Shown here: positions 17,212 to 28,073 of the stretch, one piece after another | Layout of the letters: each line of letters starts with the position of its first letter | Position numbering within the stretch: the first letter of the stretch is position 1 | Assembly: GCA_963823655.1 (NCBI GenBank) | Contig: CAWGMK010000013.1 | Span: 160,001 to 224,000, forward strand | DNA from: an uncultured Bacillota bacterium | GTDB taxonomy: Bacteria > Bacillota > DTU025 > MWDF01 | DNA length: 64,000 bases | Direction of reading: 5' to 3' | Translations under genes and position numbers: made by a program | Notes under the pieces: model-generated | What the model saw: only the letters and a program-made list of their open reading frames with translations | Told to the model about the DNA's origin: nothing | Database searches by the model: none

Positions 17212-18683
17212 AGGGATTGGCCGGAGTCTCTTGCGCAACCGCCCAGGCCGGGTACAAGAGGACCAAGATAGTCTGTACTCTTGGCCCCGCAACAGACAAT
17301 GAGGCTGTTCTTAGGCAGATGATAGTCGAAGGTCTGAATGTGGCAAGGCTGAATTTCTCGCACGGCAATCATGAGGAGCATCTCGGCAGGGCGAACATGA
17401 TTAAAAGGCTCAGAGATGAGCTCGGACTGCCCATCGCCCTTATGCTCGATACCAAAGGCCCTGAGATTAGAATCGGCACCTTCCGCGAGGGCAAGGTGCA
17501 ACTTGTCGAAGGAAGCAAGTTTACTTTCACTGCCAGGGAAATCGAAGGCGACATGAACGGCGTTTCGCTGTCGTACAAGAGCCTTCCGAAACTTGTAAAG
17601 CAGGGAGATACCATCCTTGGCGACAACGGAATGCTGGAGTTTCGTGTAGAAGCGCGACTGATACTGGATATTGAACTGTGTTGTTGTGACCGGAGGGTCA
17701 GTTCTCAAACAGGAAGGGCCTCAATGTACCCGGCGTAAGCCTCGACATGCCATACCTTTCCGAGAAGGACAAGGCAGACATAGAATTCGCGGTTAAGAAA
17801 CGGATTTGACTTCATAGCTGCCTCTTTTGCCAGAAACTCGGGTGACATCAAGGATATAAGAGGAATGCTGGAAAGCCTTGGCGCTGCGAAGATCAAGATA
17901 ATCGCCAAGATCGAGAATGCCCAGGGAGTGGAGCATATCGACGAGATCATCGAGGCGTCTGACGGGATAATGGTGGCAAGAGGCGACATGGGCGTTGAAA
18001 TCGACCTGGTAGAGCTGCCAAGGCTGCAGAAGATGCTAATAAAAAAGACCTATTTAGCCGGCAAGCACTCGATAACAGCAACCCAGATGCTGGAATCCAT
18101 GATCAACAACCCGAGGCCTACGAGGGCGGAGACGACTGATGTAGCAAATGCCGTATACGATGGTACAAGCGCCGTGATGCTGTCAGGAGAGACAGCCATA
18201 GGAAAATACCCGGTAGATAGCGTTAGGACAATGAGATGCATAGCGCAGAGAACGGAGCAGGACATCAACTACAAGAAGCGGTTCTACCAGCTTGAGGCCC
18301 TGCACGATAAGAACATATCCGATGCGATCTCGCACGCCGCATGCACTACTGCCCACGACCTGGATGCAGCTGCGATAGTAGCTGTGACATCGACAGGTTC
18401 TACGGCGAGGCAGCTTTCCAAGTACAGGCCCGCCTGCCCGATAATCGCCGTAACGGACGAGGAGTCGACCTGGAGGCAGCTTGCCCTGGCCTGGGGCGTC
18501 GCGCCAGTATTGGGAAGCAGCATGAAGGATACCGACGGGCTTTTCCTGCATGCTGAGGATATGGCGCTTGATACGGGGCTCGTGGCCGAAGGGGACCTCG
18601 TTGTGTTTACGGGCGGAATACTTGTGGGCATACCGGGGAGCACTAATACGTTAAGGGTTAAACGCGCTGAAAAGCAACTTTAA
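17208..18683 (+). CDS. pyk: Pyruvate kinase (frameshifted around 17650-17810)
   Basis: [59 protein letters not shown]. Confidence 0.96.
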
Positions 18684-18781
18684 GCATCTTGATAAGCGGC
18701 GATTGCCGCACTATGGTAAAATATCTAGGTAAACATTTCACCGCCGAAGGTCTACTTCATGGCGGCACGGAGGGAAGACCC

Positions 18782-19543
18782 ATGTCAGGACACTCGAAGT
18801 GGGCGAACATCAAGCATAAGAAGGAAAAGACTGACGCCGCGCGCGGCGCTGCATTCACAAAGGCGGCAAGAGAAGTAATGGTAGCGGCCAAGCAGGGCGG
18901 GGGAGACCCAAATACCAACTTCAAGCTGCGTATGGCAATAGTAGCGGCCAAAGCCGTTAACATGCCTAACGACTCCATAACCAAAGCCATAAAAAGGGTG
19001 ACCGGCGGGGACGAGGAGTTCATATACGAGGAGATCTCCTATGAAGGATACGGACCGGCAGGCACTGCCCTCATAGTCGAGTGCATGACTGAGAACCGCA
19101 ACAGGACGGCGGCCGATGTCAGGTATATGTTCTCAAGAAGCGGCGGGAATATGGGAGAGTCCGGCTCTGTGGCCTGGATGTTCGACAGGCGCGGCGTAAT
19201 CACGATCAGCAGGGCGGCATTCAAAGGCGACGAGGATAAGCTTATGGAGCTTGCGCTTGAAGCAGGAGCGATCGATATCGTGACCGACGATCCGGATGTG
19301 TATGAAGTTATCACCGAACCTACCGAACTTGATGCGGTGCGCAAGAGCCTTGAAGCCCACGGCGTAGAGTTTACCGAAGTAAGGCCGAAGATGCTGCCGA
19401 AGAATACGATGGTGATGGATATCGAAGGCGCCTCGAAGGTGCTCAGGTTCATCGATACTCTAGAGGAGCACGATGACGTTCAGAGGGTATACACGAATAT
19501 GGAGATACCTGACGACGTCATGGCAAAACTGGAGGAAATGTAA
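18782..19543 (+). CDS. yebC: YebC/PmpR family protein
   Basis: MSGHSKWANIKHKK, YEGYGP, TENRNRT, DDVQRVYTN. Confidence 0.96.
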   Translation: MSGHSKWANIKHKKEKTDAARGAAFTKAAREVMVAAKQGGGDPNTNFKLRMAIVAAKAVNMPNDSITKAIKRVTGGDEEFIYEEISYEGYGPAGTALIVECMTENRNRTAADVRYMFSRSGGNMGESGSVAWMFDRRGVITISRAAFKGDEDKLMELALEAGAIDIVTDDPDVYEVITEPTELDAVRKSLEAHGVEFTEVRPKMLPKNTMVMDIEGASKVLRFIDTLEEHDDVQRVYTNMEIPDDVMAKLEEM

Positions 19544-20053
19544 TTGGGCAGAGTGGTCCTTGGCGTCGACCCGGGAACGGCCCATACGGGCTACGGGGCG
19601 GTATTGGAAGAGGCAGGCAAGCTAAGCTACCTCTGCGGCGGGGTTATCAAGACCTCCCCCGATACGCCGATGCCGGACCGCCTGCTGTCGATACACAGGC
19701 AGCTTGAGAGCGTCCTGCTTGAGGTCAAGCCGGATATGGCGGCAGTCGAAACCATTTACTTCAACTCGAACCAGAAGAGCGCAGTCCAGGTGGCGCAGGC
19801 AAGAGGAGTTGCGGTAATGACCTGCCGCATGTACGGGGCCGAAGTCGTCGAACTTACGCCGCTGCAGGTCAAAATGGCGCTTTGCAATGCCGGAAGGGCC
19901 GACAAAGAGCAGGTAGAGTACATGGTAAGGCTGCTTTTAAACCTAAAGGAAGTGCCTAAAGCGCATCATACTTCTGACGCCCTGGCTATGGCAATTACCC
20001 TTTTGCACACTAACGTGGCACTTAAAAGAAGCATCATGGGGGTGAGCCGGTGA
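19544..20053 (+). CDS. ruvC: Holliday junction resolvase RuvC
   Basis: LGVDPG...TGYG, AQARGV, ADKEQV, DALAMA. Confidence 0.96.
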   Translation: MGRVVLGVDPGTAHTGYGAVLEEAGKLSYLCGGVIKTSPDTPMPDRLLSIHRQLESVLLEVKPDMAAVETIYFNSNQKSAVQVAQARGVAVMTCRMYGAEVVELTPLQVKMALCNAGRADKEQVEYMVRLLLNLKEVPKAHHTSDALAMAITLLHTNVALKRSIMGVSR

Positions 20054-20655
20054 TCTCCCACATTAAAGGCAGGATAGAGGAAATCGGCGTCGACCACATC
20101 GTCATAGATGTGCAAGGTGTAGGTTTTCTCATTTTCATGCCCGCAAGGGACATCGCGGAAACGGGAAGGCCGGGCGAGGAAGTGCGCATCTACACTGAAA
20201 TGGTAGTGCGAGAGGATTTCCTTGGCCTCTATGGCTTCTCAACTCAGTTCGGCCGGCAGATGTTCAACCTTCTTTGTACAGTCAACGGGATAGGCCCCCG
20301 GATAGCGATGTCCGTGCTTTCAGGCTCATCCCCGGAGAAGATCGCGATGGCGATAAGCATCGGGGACCCCAAGGGCGTAATCGCCCCTGGCGTGGGCAAG
20401 AAGCTGGCGGACAGGCTGATACTGGAGCTGAAAGGGAAAGTGGGATCGACCGGAAGCCTGGGTGAAGAGGGCTTTGAGGGTTTAGAAGCGACCGGTGAGA
20501 TATCACCTGCCCAGGATGCGCTAAAGGCTCTAATATCCCTCGGCTATACGAGGATGGAATCGGAAAGCGCTGTGAGAAAGGCCTTGAAGCAGGACCCGTC
20601 CGCAGATGCCGGCAGGATCATCAGGCTGGCACTAGGTACTTTTTCGGGCCAGTAG
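20050..20655 (+). CDS. ruvA: Holliday junction branch migration protein RuvA
   Basis: MISHIKG, VRED..LYGF, V.GIGP, GVGKKLADRLILELK. Confidence 0.96.
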   Translation: MISHIKGRIEEIGVDHIVIDVQGVGFLIFMPARDIAETGRPGEEVRIYTEMVVREDFLGLYGFSTQFGRQMFNLLCTVNGIGPRIAMSVLSGSSPEKIAMAISIGDPKGVIAPGVGKKLADRLILELKGKVGSTGSLGEEGFEGLEATGEISPAQDALKALISLGYTRMESESAVRKALKQDPSADAGRIIRLALGTFSGQ

Positions 20656-20682
20656 CCCTTCTTGATTGCGGAGGTAGCCCTT

Positions 20683-21718
20683 ATGCAGGACGATCGCGTC
20701 ATAGATCGCAATACCGTCCAGGATGATTCCCCGGCCGAATTCTCTCTGAGGCCAAAGCACCTCGCTGAGTTCATCGGACAGGACAGGGTTAAAGATTCCC
20801 TGAGCATCAGCATACAGGCGGCCCTAAGTAGGGGTGAAGCGCTAGATCATGCCATACTTTGCGGCCCTCCGGGCCTTGGAAAGACCACGCTTTCGATGAT
20901 CATAGCAAATGAGATGGGTACAAACCTGAGAATTACCTCCGGGCCTGCAATAGAAAGAGCCGGAGACCTTGCCGCCATACTTACGAATATCGGGCCCGGC
21001 GAGGTCCTTTTCATAGACGAGATCCACAGGCTTAACCGTGCTGTGGAGGAGATACTCTACCCTGCAATGGAGGATTTCGCCCTCGATATCATCATCGGCA
21101 AGGGCCCTTCGGCGCGCTCTATAAGGATAGACCTTCCCAGGTTCACGCTAATAGGCGCTACCACAAGGCAGGGAATGCTCTCAGGTCCGCTGCGCGACCG
21201 CTTCGGGATGGTGTACAGGCTTGAATACTATGCGCCTTCCGAGCTTGAGACGATCGTGGTAAAATCTGCCGAGCTAATGGGGGTTCCGATAGACGCAAAA
21301 GGCGCGTCGGAAATAGCCAGGCGCTCGAGGGGCACCCCGAGGATTGCAAACAGGCTCCTAAGAAGGGTTCGCGACTTTGCAGAGGTAAAGGGTACAGGGT
21401 CGATTGACAAGACAGTTGCCGCAGAGGCGCTTCTTATGATGGAAGTGGACGAAAGGGGCCTGGACAGGCTTGGATCACAGGCTTCTTGATACGATAATCC
21501 TTAAGTATGGGGGAGGCCCCGTCGGAATAGACACAATGGCAGCCGCCCTCAATGAGGAAAGGGAGACCCTAGAGGACGTTTACGAACCTTACCTGATACA
21601 AATTGGCTTCATAGACCGTACACCCAGAGGCAGGGTAGCCACAAGAGCCGCTTTCGAACACATGGGAAGGGCTTATCAGGAAAAGGCCGAGGAGGAAGGG
21701 CAGGAGAAGCTTATATGA
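20683..21718 (+). CDS. ruvB: Holliday junction helicase RuvB (frameshift near 21470)
   Basis: [34 protein letters not shown]; the C-terminus GGPVG..EPYLIQ..RTPRGR is in ORF 21470-21718. Confidence 0.97.
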
Positions 21719-22269
21719 GCAGCATCCTGGTCCATGCCTGCTGCGCCCCGTGCGCTACCGCCTCCGTAGAGAGGCTTCTTTCAGAGGGCGAAAGCCCGTT
21801 CCTGCTGTTCAAAAACCCTAACATACATCCATATATGGAATTCAAGGCGAGGCTCGAAGCATTCGGCGAATACCTTAGGCAGCATGGCCTGCCCGGTGAG
21901 GTCGACGCCACCTACGGGCTTGATGCGTTCATGAACGGCGCCCCGGATTTCGCAAGGCCCCTCAGGTGCGCATTCTGCTACGAAATCAGGATGGAAGCCG
22001 CAGCGGAGGCCGCGAAGAGGCTTGGGATATCGAGGTTCACTACCACTTTAACGATAAGCCCATACCAGGACCATGAGGCAATAAAAGCTGCAGGCGCGAA
22101 GGCAGCTGCAAAACACGGCGTCGAGTTCGTGTACTACGACTTCAGGCCTCTTTACCGAAAGAGCCGGACTATGGCAAGAGAGGCCGGCTACTATATGCAG
22201 AAGTATTGCGGCTGCGTGTTCTCGGAGGCCGAAAGGTACGAGCCGGCAAAGGGCGGGGCAAGTAGATGA
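21715..22269 (+). CDS. queH: Epoxyqueuosine reductase QueH (DUF208)
   Basis: H.CCAPC, NPNIHP, RC..CY..R, Q.YCGC.FS. Confidence 0.92.
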   Translation: MSSILVHACCAPCATASVERLLSEGESPFLLFKNPNIHPYMEFKARLEAFGEYLRQHGLPGEVDATYGLDAFMNGAPDFARPLRCAFCYEIRMEAAAEAAKRLGISRFTTTLTISPYQDHEAIKAAGAKAAAKHGVEFVYYDFRPLYRKSRTMAREAGYYMQKYCGCVFSEAERYEPAKGGASR

Positions 22270-23021
22270 GCCCGCAAAAGGCCAGGGCCATAGTCCTCAG
22301 GTCAAGGCAGTTCGGAGAGGCAGACCGTATTCTTACGCTTATCAGCGCGGAAGATGGCGTATTCGACGCAAAGGTGAAGGGGGCAAGGAAACCCAAGAGC
22401 AAGTTGGGGCCCGCCTGCCAGCAATTCTCGACGGTAGACCTGTCACTTTTCTGCGGAAAAAGCATTGATACCGTTACTGAAGCCTCTCTGATCAAATCAT
22501 CAGAGAAAATCGAATCCGATATTATCAGGCTCTCTTACGCCAACCTGGCCGCTGAGATCACACTTAAGATGTCGGTCGAAAGGCAGCCTGACAAGCGAGC
22601 CTACTCCTTGATTGACGGTGCGTTAGATGCATTAAGAGCAGGTGTGCACCCATCAATTGCTGCTTGTGCATTCATGATTAAGAGGCTCTTCATCGACGGT
22701 GTGATGCCGCAGATATCATCCTGCTCAGTTTGCAGGTCCAAAGATGATCTCCATTGGTTCTCGCCCGAGACCGGAGGCAGCCTCTGCCCCGCCTGCGCAG
22801 CGAATGCGCCGGCTGTTCAAAGGTTCGAGAAGGAGTCCAGATCACTTGCGCTTGAGCTTTACAAGAGCACTTGGGAGGAAGTTGCTGCGATTTCATATGA
22901 CGAACTTGCGGCGGACGACTTGGAATCCGCGCTTGCCGCGTTCTTCTCCTACAGAGGGGACATCAGGCTGAGGAGCCTTGAGACTTTAAACCTGCTTAAG
23001 GACGCAAAGACAGGGAGGTAA
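22266..23021 (+). CDS. recO: DNA repair protein RecO
   Basis: AIVLR...GEADRILTL, KGARKPKS, CxxC...GG..CxxC zinc site. Confidence 0.92.
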   Translation: MSPQKARAIVLRSRQFGEADRILTLISAEDGVFDAKVKGARKPKSKLGPACQQFSTVDLSLFCGKSIDTVTEASLIKSSEKIESDIIRLSYANLAAEITLKMSVERQPDKRAYSLIDGALDALRAGVHPSIAACAFMIKRLFIDGVMPQISSCSVCRSKDDLHWFSPETGGSLCPACAANAPAVQRFEKESRSLALELYKSTWEEVAAISYDELAADDLESALAAFFSYRGDIRLRSLETLNLLKDAKTGR

Positions 23022-23026
23022 GAAGC

Positions 23027-23804
23027 ATGAGGCTTGTGAAATTCGAACATAGGGGCGCAATAAGGTGGGGTGTCGTGGAAGAGGGCATAATCAGGGCTGT
23101 CCAGGGCCAGATTATGACTGGGCTTGACATTACCGATGAGCAGTTCCCGGTTGAAGAAGTGAGATTCCTTGCTCCCGCCCATGAGACCTGCGGGAAGTTG
23201 ATATGCATTGGGCTGAACTACCGCTCTCATATAGATAAGGCAGCGGCCAGCGGCTGGCAGGTACAGGAGAACGATGAGCCGATGCTCTTCATGGTCCCGA
23301 GGACTGCGCTTTGCGGGCAGGGGGATACTATAAAGATCGCAAGGCCGGGCAACCCAACGCAGTTCGAGGCCGAGCTAGTAATCGTGATCGGCAGGAGGGC
23401 GAAGGATGTGCCCGAAGAGGATGCGCACAGATACATCCTCGGCTATACATGCGGGAACGATATATCTGACCGGACTTTGCAGAAGAAGGACGGCCAATGG
23501 ACAAGGGCCAAGGCCTTCGCCACATATAAGCCGATGGGACCATGGATAGAAACCCAAAGGCCGGAAGATGGGGCTATGATCAGGCTTAGGAAGAACGGCC
23601 AGTTAAGGCAGGAAGCGGCTCTCGCCGATATGATAGCATCGCCTGATCGCCTCGTTAGCTTTATCTCCCATCAGTTCATACTTGAACCCGGGGACCTGAT
23701 TTTCACAGGGACTCCTGACGGCGTGGGATCAATTAAGCCGGGTGATGAAATAGAAGTCGAAATTGACGGCATTGGCAAGCTTAAGCAACACTGTAGCCGA
23801 ATAA
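23027..23804 (+). CDS. Fumarylacetoacetate hydrolase family protein (3' end apparently frameshifted; likely stop at 23802-23804)
   Basis: CIGLNY, EAELVIVIG, GYTCGNDIS.R, GPWI, PGDLIFTGTP.G. Confidence 0.92.
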
Positions 23805-23867
23805 GGGCCGATGTCCGTTGACATTGCGGGCATTTTGCGAATACTCTACTTATATACGAATATCTCC

Positions 23868-24065
23868 GATGAAGGGATGAAAGCGCGTAGCTGGCAATAA
23901 GAGAGCCGGGGTAGGTGGGATCCGGTTTGCACTTTAGCGGCGCAGGGCGGCCCTGAGGCAGTCTTCAAGAAAGAGGGCGGGGAGAATTTCTGACCCCGTC
24001 AATCAGGGTGGAACCGCGGAAAGCTTCGGCCTTCCGTCCCTGAGCGGGGCGGAAGGCTATTTTTA
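23868..24065 (+). promoter_or_regulatory. Glycine T-box riboswitch
   Basis: Stem I AGAGA/GGTG motifs, candidate GGC specifier, T-box AATCAGGGTGGAACCGCG (UGGA pairs with tRNA-Gly UCCA), terminator GCCTTCCGTCCC/GGGGCGGAAGGC plus T-run; upstream of glyQS. Confidence 0.92.
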
Positions 24066-24094
24066 CGCACTTTTCAGTGTAAAGGAGCAAACCG

Positions 24095-24716
24095 ATGGGA
24101 AAGGCTGGGCCCAATCTAATATCGATGACGGCAGGCGCATTGAATTCGATCACCCGCTATCTCATTTTCATGGTCTTCCTGTCGGCAACCGCCTCTGTCC
24201 TGGGCTATATGCGATCGGCGGGTGACTTCGGCAATATCGGGGTAATGATAAAAGGTGTCGAAGACCTGGCTGTAAGCCTTCGCTCCATGCCGTTGCTCGA
24301 ACAGTGGCTTTCGGTCTTCATTCACAATATGAGGGTCGTCATAATAGTTATAGGCATGTCATGGTTTCCGATCATACCTGTGATGACGGTAGCGCTCATG
24401 AATTCGATAATGCTGGGAGCTATGCTTAAAGCAACCGCCGAAGCCACCGGTATTGCGCCTATTACAGTGCTTGTTGGATTGATGCCCCACGGCATCTTCG
24501 AGCTGGCAGCATTCTTCATAGGAGCTGCGATAAGCCTGAGGATTGGGATGCTGCTGCCGCTATGGGTAACCAAAGGCAGTGGACGGGTCCAAGATAAAGA
24601 AGGCTGGATATGATGCCTTGCTCCTGTTCTTCACGGTAATAGTTCCATTGATGCTTGTGGCATCTTTCATAGAAGTGACATTTTCGGCTTGGCTTGCGGA
24701 AGTACTTGCAAGGTAG
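24095..24716 (+). CDS. SpoIIM/DUF95-family membrane protein (frameshift near 24590)
   Basis: VFIHN, N..MLG and PHGIFEL signature; C-terminal PLMLVASFIEVTFS in another frame. Confidence 0.8.
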
Positions 24717-24740
24717 CCGCAACGGTAGGAGGAAAACGAA

Positions 24741-25619
24741 TTGAACTTACAGGAGCTGATTTTCAAACTGGAGACTTACTGGGCCTCAAAGGGCTGCATG
24801 ATAATCCAGCCTTACGTGCTTGAGGTAGGTGCGGGGACAATGAGCCCACACACTTTCCTGCGCGTCCTGGGCCCTGAGCCCTGGAACGCGGCATATGTTC
24901 AGCCTTCAAGAAGGCCGGCGGACGGGCGGTATGGGGAGAATCCTAACAGGTTGTTTCAGCATCACCAGTACCAGGTGGTCTTGAAGCCCAGTCCTGATGG
25001 AGTGCAGGAGATGTATCTTGATAGCCTGAAAGCGATTGGATTCGATCCTGCCGAGCATGATATCAGATTTGTAGAGGACAATTGGGAGGCGCCAACCCTT
25101 GGCGCATGGGGAACCGGCTGGGAAGTTTGGCTAGACGGCATGGAGATAACCCAGTTCACATACTTCCAGCAGGTGGGCGGTTTGGATACGAAACCCGTCC
25201 CTGCAGAGATTACATACGGCCTTGAGCGTATCGCGATGTATGTGCAGGGCGTCGACAATGTGTATGAGCTGGAATGGGCCCCCGGAATCAAGTACGGAGA
25301 GGTCTATAAAGCGGCGGAGTTCGAGTACTCAAAGTTCGCTTTCGAGGCTGCCGATACAGAGCACCTGAAGGCCGATTTCGAGGCGAATGAGGTTCAGGCC
25401 AGGAGGCTTCTGGATATGGGGCTCGTGCAGCCCGGATATGATCACGTGCTCAAGTGTTCACACAGCTTCAACCTTATGGACGCAAGGGGCGCGTTCGGAG
25501 CATCACAGCGCGCAGCCTATATGGGAAGGGTAAGGAATTTGGCGAAGAAGGCTGCGTCGGCGTGGCTTAAGAAGCGCGAGGAGCTTGGCTTCCCGCTCCT
25601 GAACGGAGGTGCGAAGTAA
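24741..25619 (+). CDS. glyQ: Glycine-tRNA ligase alpha subunit
   Basis: [45 protein letters not shown]. Confidence 0.98.
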   Translation: MNLQELIFKLETYWASKGCMIIQPYVLEVGAGTMSPHTFLRVLGPEPWNAAYVQPSRRPADGRYGENPNRLFQHHQYQVVLKPSPDGVQEMYLDSLKAIGFDPAEHDIRFVEDNWEAPTLGAWGTGWEVWLDGMEITQFTYFQQVGGLDTKPVPAEITYGLERIAMYVQGVDNVYELEWAPGIKYGEVYKAAEFEYSKFAFEAADTEHLKADFEANEVQARRLLDMGLVQPGYDHVLKCSHSFNLMDARGAFGASQRAAYMGRVRNLAKKAASAWLKKREELGFPLLNGGAK

Positions 25620-27731
25620 TGGCAGATATGAATTTCCGCGACCTCCTCTTCGAAATCGGAACTGAGGAGATACCAGCGAGGTTTATCCCCAAAGCCATAG
25701 AGGACCTCAAGGCTGCCGGAGCGAAATCCCTGGCAGATGCGAGGTTTGCCTATAAAGAGGTTAAAGTTTACGCTACGCCCAGAAGGCTGGCTATGCATGT
25801 TGAGGGCCTGTCGGAGTACCAGGGGGATCTGGACCGCAGGGTGAAGGGGCCTTCAGCGAAGGCTGCATTCGATGCGGAAGGCAAGACTACCAAGGCGGCA
25901 GAAGGGCTTTGCAAGGTCACAAGGCGTAGATCCCGCATCATTGCAGAGGATAACCGATGCGAACGGGGACTATGTCTATGCTTTCGTTCATGAAGCAGGC
26001 AAAAGGGTAAGCGATGTTATACCGGCGATATGCGACGGGATAATCCGCTCATTGGCATTCCCGAAGAACATGAGATGGGGATCATCCGATTTCAGGTTCG
26101 TAAGGCCAATCAGATGGATAGTTCTGATGTGGGGCGACGAGTCACTGCACCTTACCTTCGAGGGTATTAAGGCCGGAAAACTGAGCAGGGGGCACAGGAC
26201 AATGGGCCCATCAGGCCCTGTAAGCATAAAGAACGCAGAGAGCTATATTGATGCAATGAAGAGCGCAGGCGTTATCGTGGACCAGAAAGAACGCGAGTCG
26301 ATTACAAGGTCCAAGCTTGCGTCTGTTGCAGATGAGCTGGGCGGCACTGCCGTAATCGAGGAGGCGCTTCTAGAAGAGGTAGTCTACCTTGTAGAGTATC
26401 CGACTGCCTTTGCAGGAGGCTTTAACGAGAGGTATCTTGAACTTCCGGAAATATGCATAACGACGCCTATGCAGGGGCATCAGCGCTACTTCCCTGTGAA
26501 GCGGGGCGGAAAGCTGATGAACAGGTTCATTGCTGTAAGGAATGGCTCAGTGCCAGGGCTCGACAATGTCCGCCATGGGAATGAAAGGGTGCTGGCAGCA
26601 AGGCTTTCTGATGCGAGGTTCTTCTTTGAGGATGACATGAAGATCGGACTTGCTGCAAGGGCTGAGAACCTGTCAGGTTTATCATTAGCCGAAGGCCTGG
26701 GTTCTATGCTGGACAAATCGGAGAGGGTTACGAAGCTGGCAGTGAAAATCGCCGAGGCCGGGGACGTCGATGGAAAGCCTGATGCAAGGCAACTTGAACA
26801 TATCAGCGAAGCCGGTAAGCTGATGAAATGCGATCTTGCTACAAACATGGTCCGTGAGTTTACTGAACTGCAAGGCGAAGTCGGATCCATTTACGCAAGG
26901 CTTGAAGGTAGATCTGAGGAAGTCTCAAAAGCGATTGCTGAGCATTACATGCCTAAAGTGGCAGGTGGAGAGCTTCCTTCCTCTAGAATAGGGGCGGCAC
27001 TGGCTATGGCCGATAAGGCAGATAGCCTGGCGGGATACTTCGGTATCGGACAGGTGCCAACAGGTTCGGCAGATCCTTATGCCCTAAGAAGGAGCATGCT
27101 GGGGCTCCTCGCGATACATGAAACCAGAAGGCCCGCGATTGGCCTGATTGAAATGATGAGGGCTGCTCTTGAGGGCATCTGGTCAGATTCAATCCCTCGT
27201 CCGAAAGCCGAGATTATGAAGGACTTGGAGGAATTTGCCGCAGGAAGGCTAAGGGGCCTCCTACTTGAAGAAGGGCACAGATATGACCTCATTGATGCTG
27301 CTATGGCGCTTGGCATAAGCGATCCGGCAGTGATCAGGATCTCCCTGGGAGCTCTTGAAAGGGATGCAGATGAGGGTTGGATGCAGGAATTTGGTACAGC
27401 CTTCGTCAGGGTAAGAAACATAGCAAAGAGCGCGCATGACGGCACATTCGAAAGCTCAGCATTTACTGAGGACGCCGAAATTGCCCTAGAAAAAGAATAC
27501 GAGGATGCAAAGAAGGAGATAGGAAGATTACTGGAAAAAGGTGCCGACGTTAATTCTTACGCCAAGGCAATGAACAGGTTCGCGGCACTAAAACCGGCAA
27601 TTGATACATTCTTCGACGATATAATGGTCATGTGCGAAAATGAATACATACGGAAAAACAGATTGGGGCTTATCAAGTCGATAGAAATTCTGGCACTTAG
27701 AATGGCGGACTTTTCGAAAATAGTCCAATAA
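25619..27731 (+). CDS. glyS: Glycine-tRNA ligase beta subunit (frameshift near 25905)
   Basis: LLFEIGTEEIPA, TPRRLA, MRWG..FVRPIRW, HQRYFP, GNERVLAARL.DA.FF, PTGSADPYALRR. Confidence 0.97.
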
Positions 27732-27756
27732 ACACAGTTAAATAAGGGAAATGAGA

Positions 27757-27791
27757 AGCGGGGGCGATAAGGCCCCCGTTTTCGCTATTTT
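27757..27791 (+). terminator. Terminator after glyS
   Basis: GCGGGGGC-GATAAG-GCCCCCGT followed by T-rich sequence. Confidence 0.75.
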
Positions 27792-28073
27792 GTTAATATA
27801 TGTAAAAGCCAGCCAACTAACTAATCCGATAAAGTAAATATATCTTTGCAGGAGTTTAGCGAAATTAGAAGAAGATAATATCTAAGAAAATACGTAAGGG
27901 AAAGGCATCGCGGAAGGGATGCTGAATTTTGCGTATAGGCAGAGCGCATATATAGTGGCGTTTAGCAGCGAGATCATCCCAATAATAGAAAACCGAGAGG
28001 AGGGCTGCTTGGAAACCGAAATGGATTACTTTAGACAGCTAGTAGATACTCTTCAGAAAGGAGAGGGTAGAAC

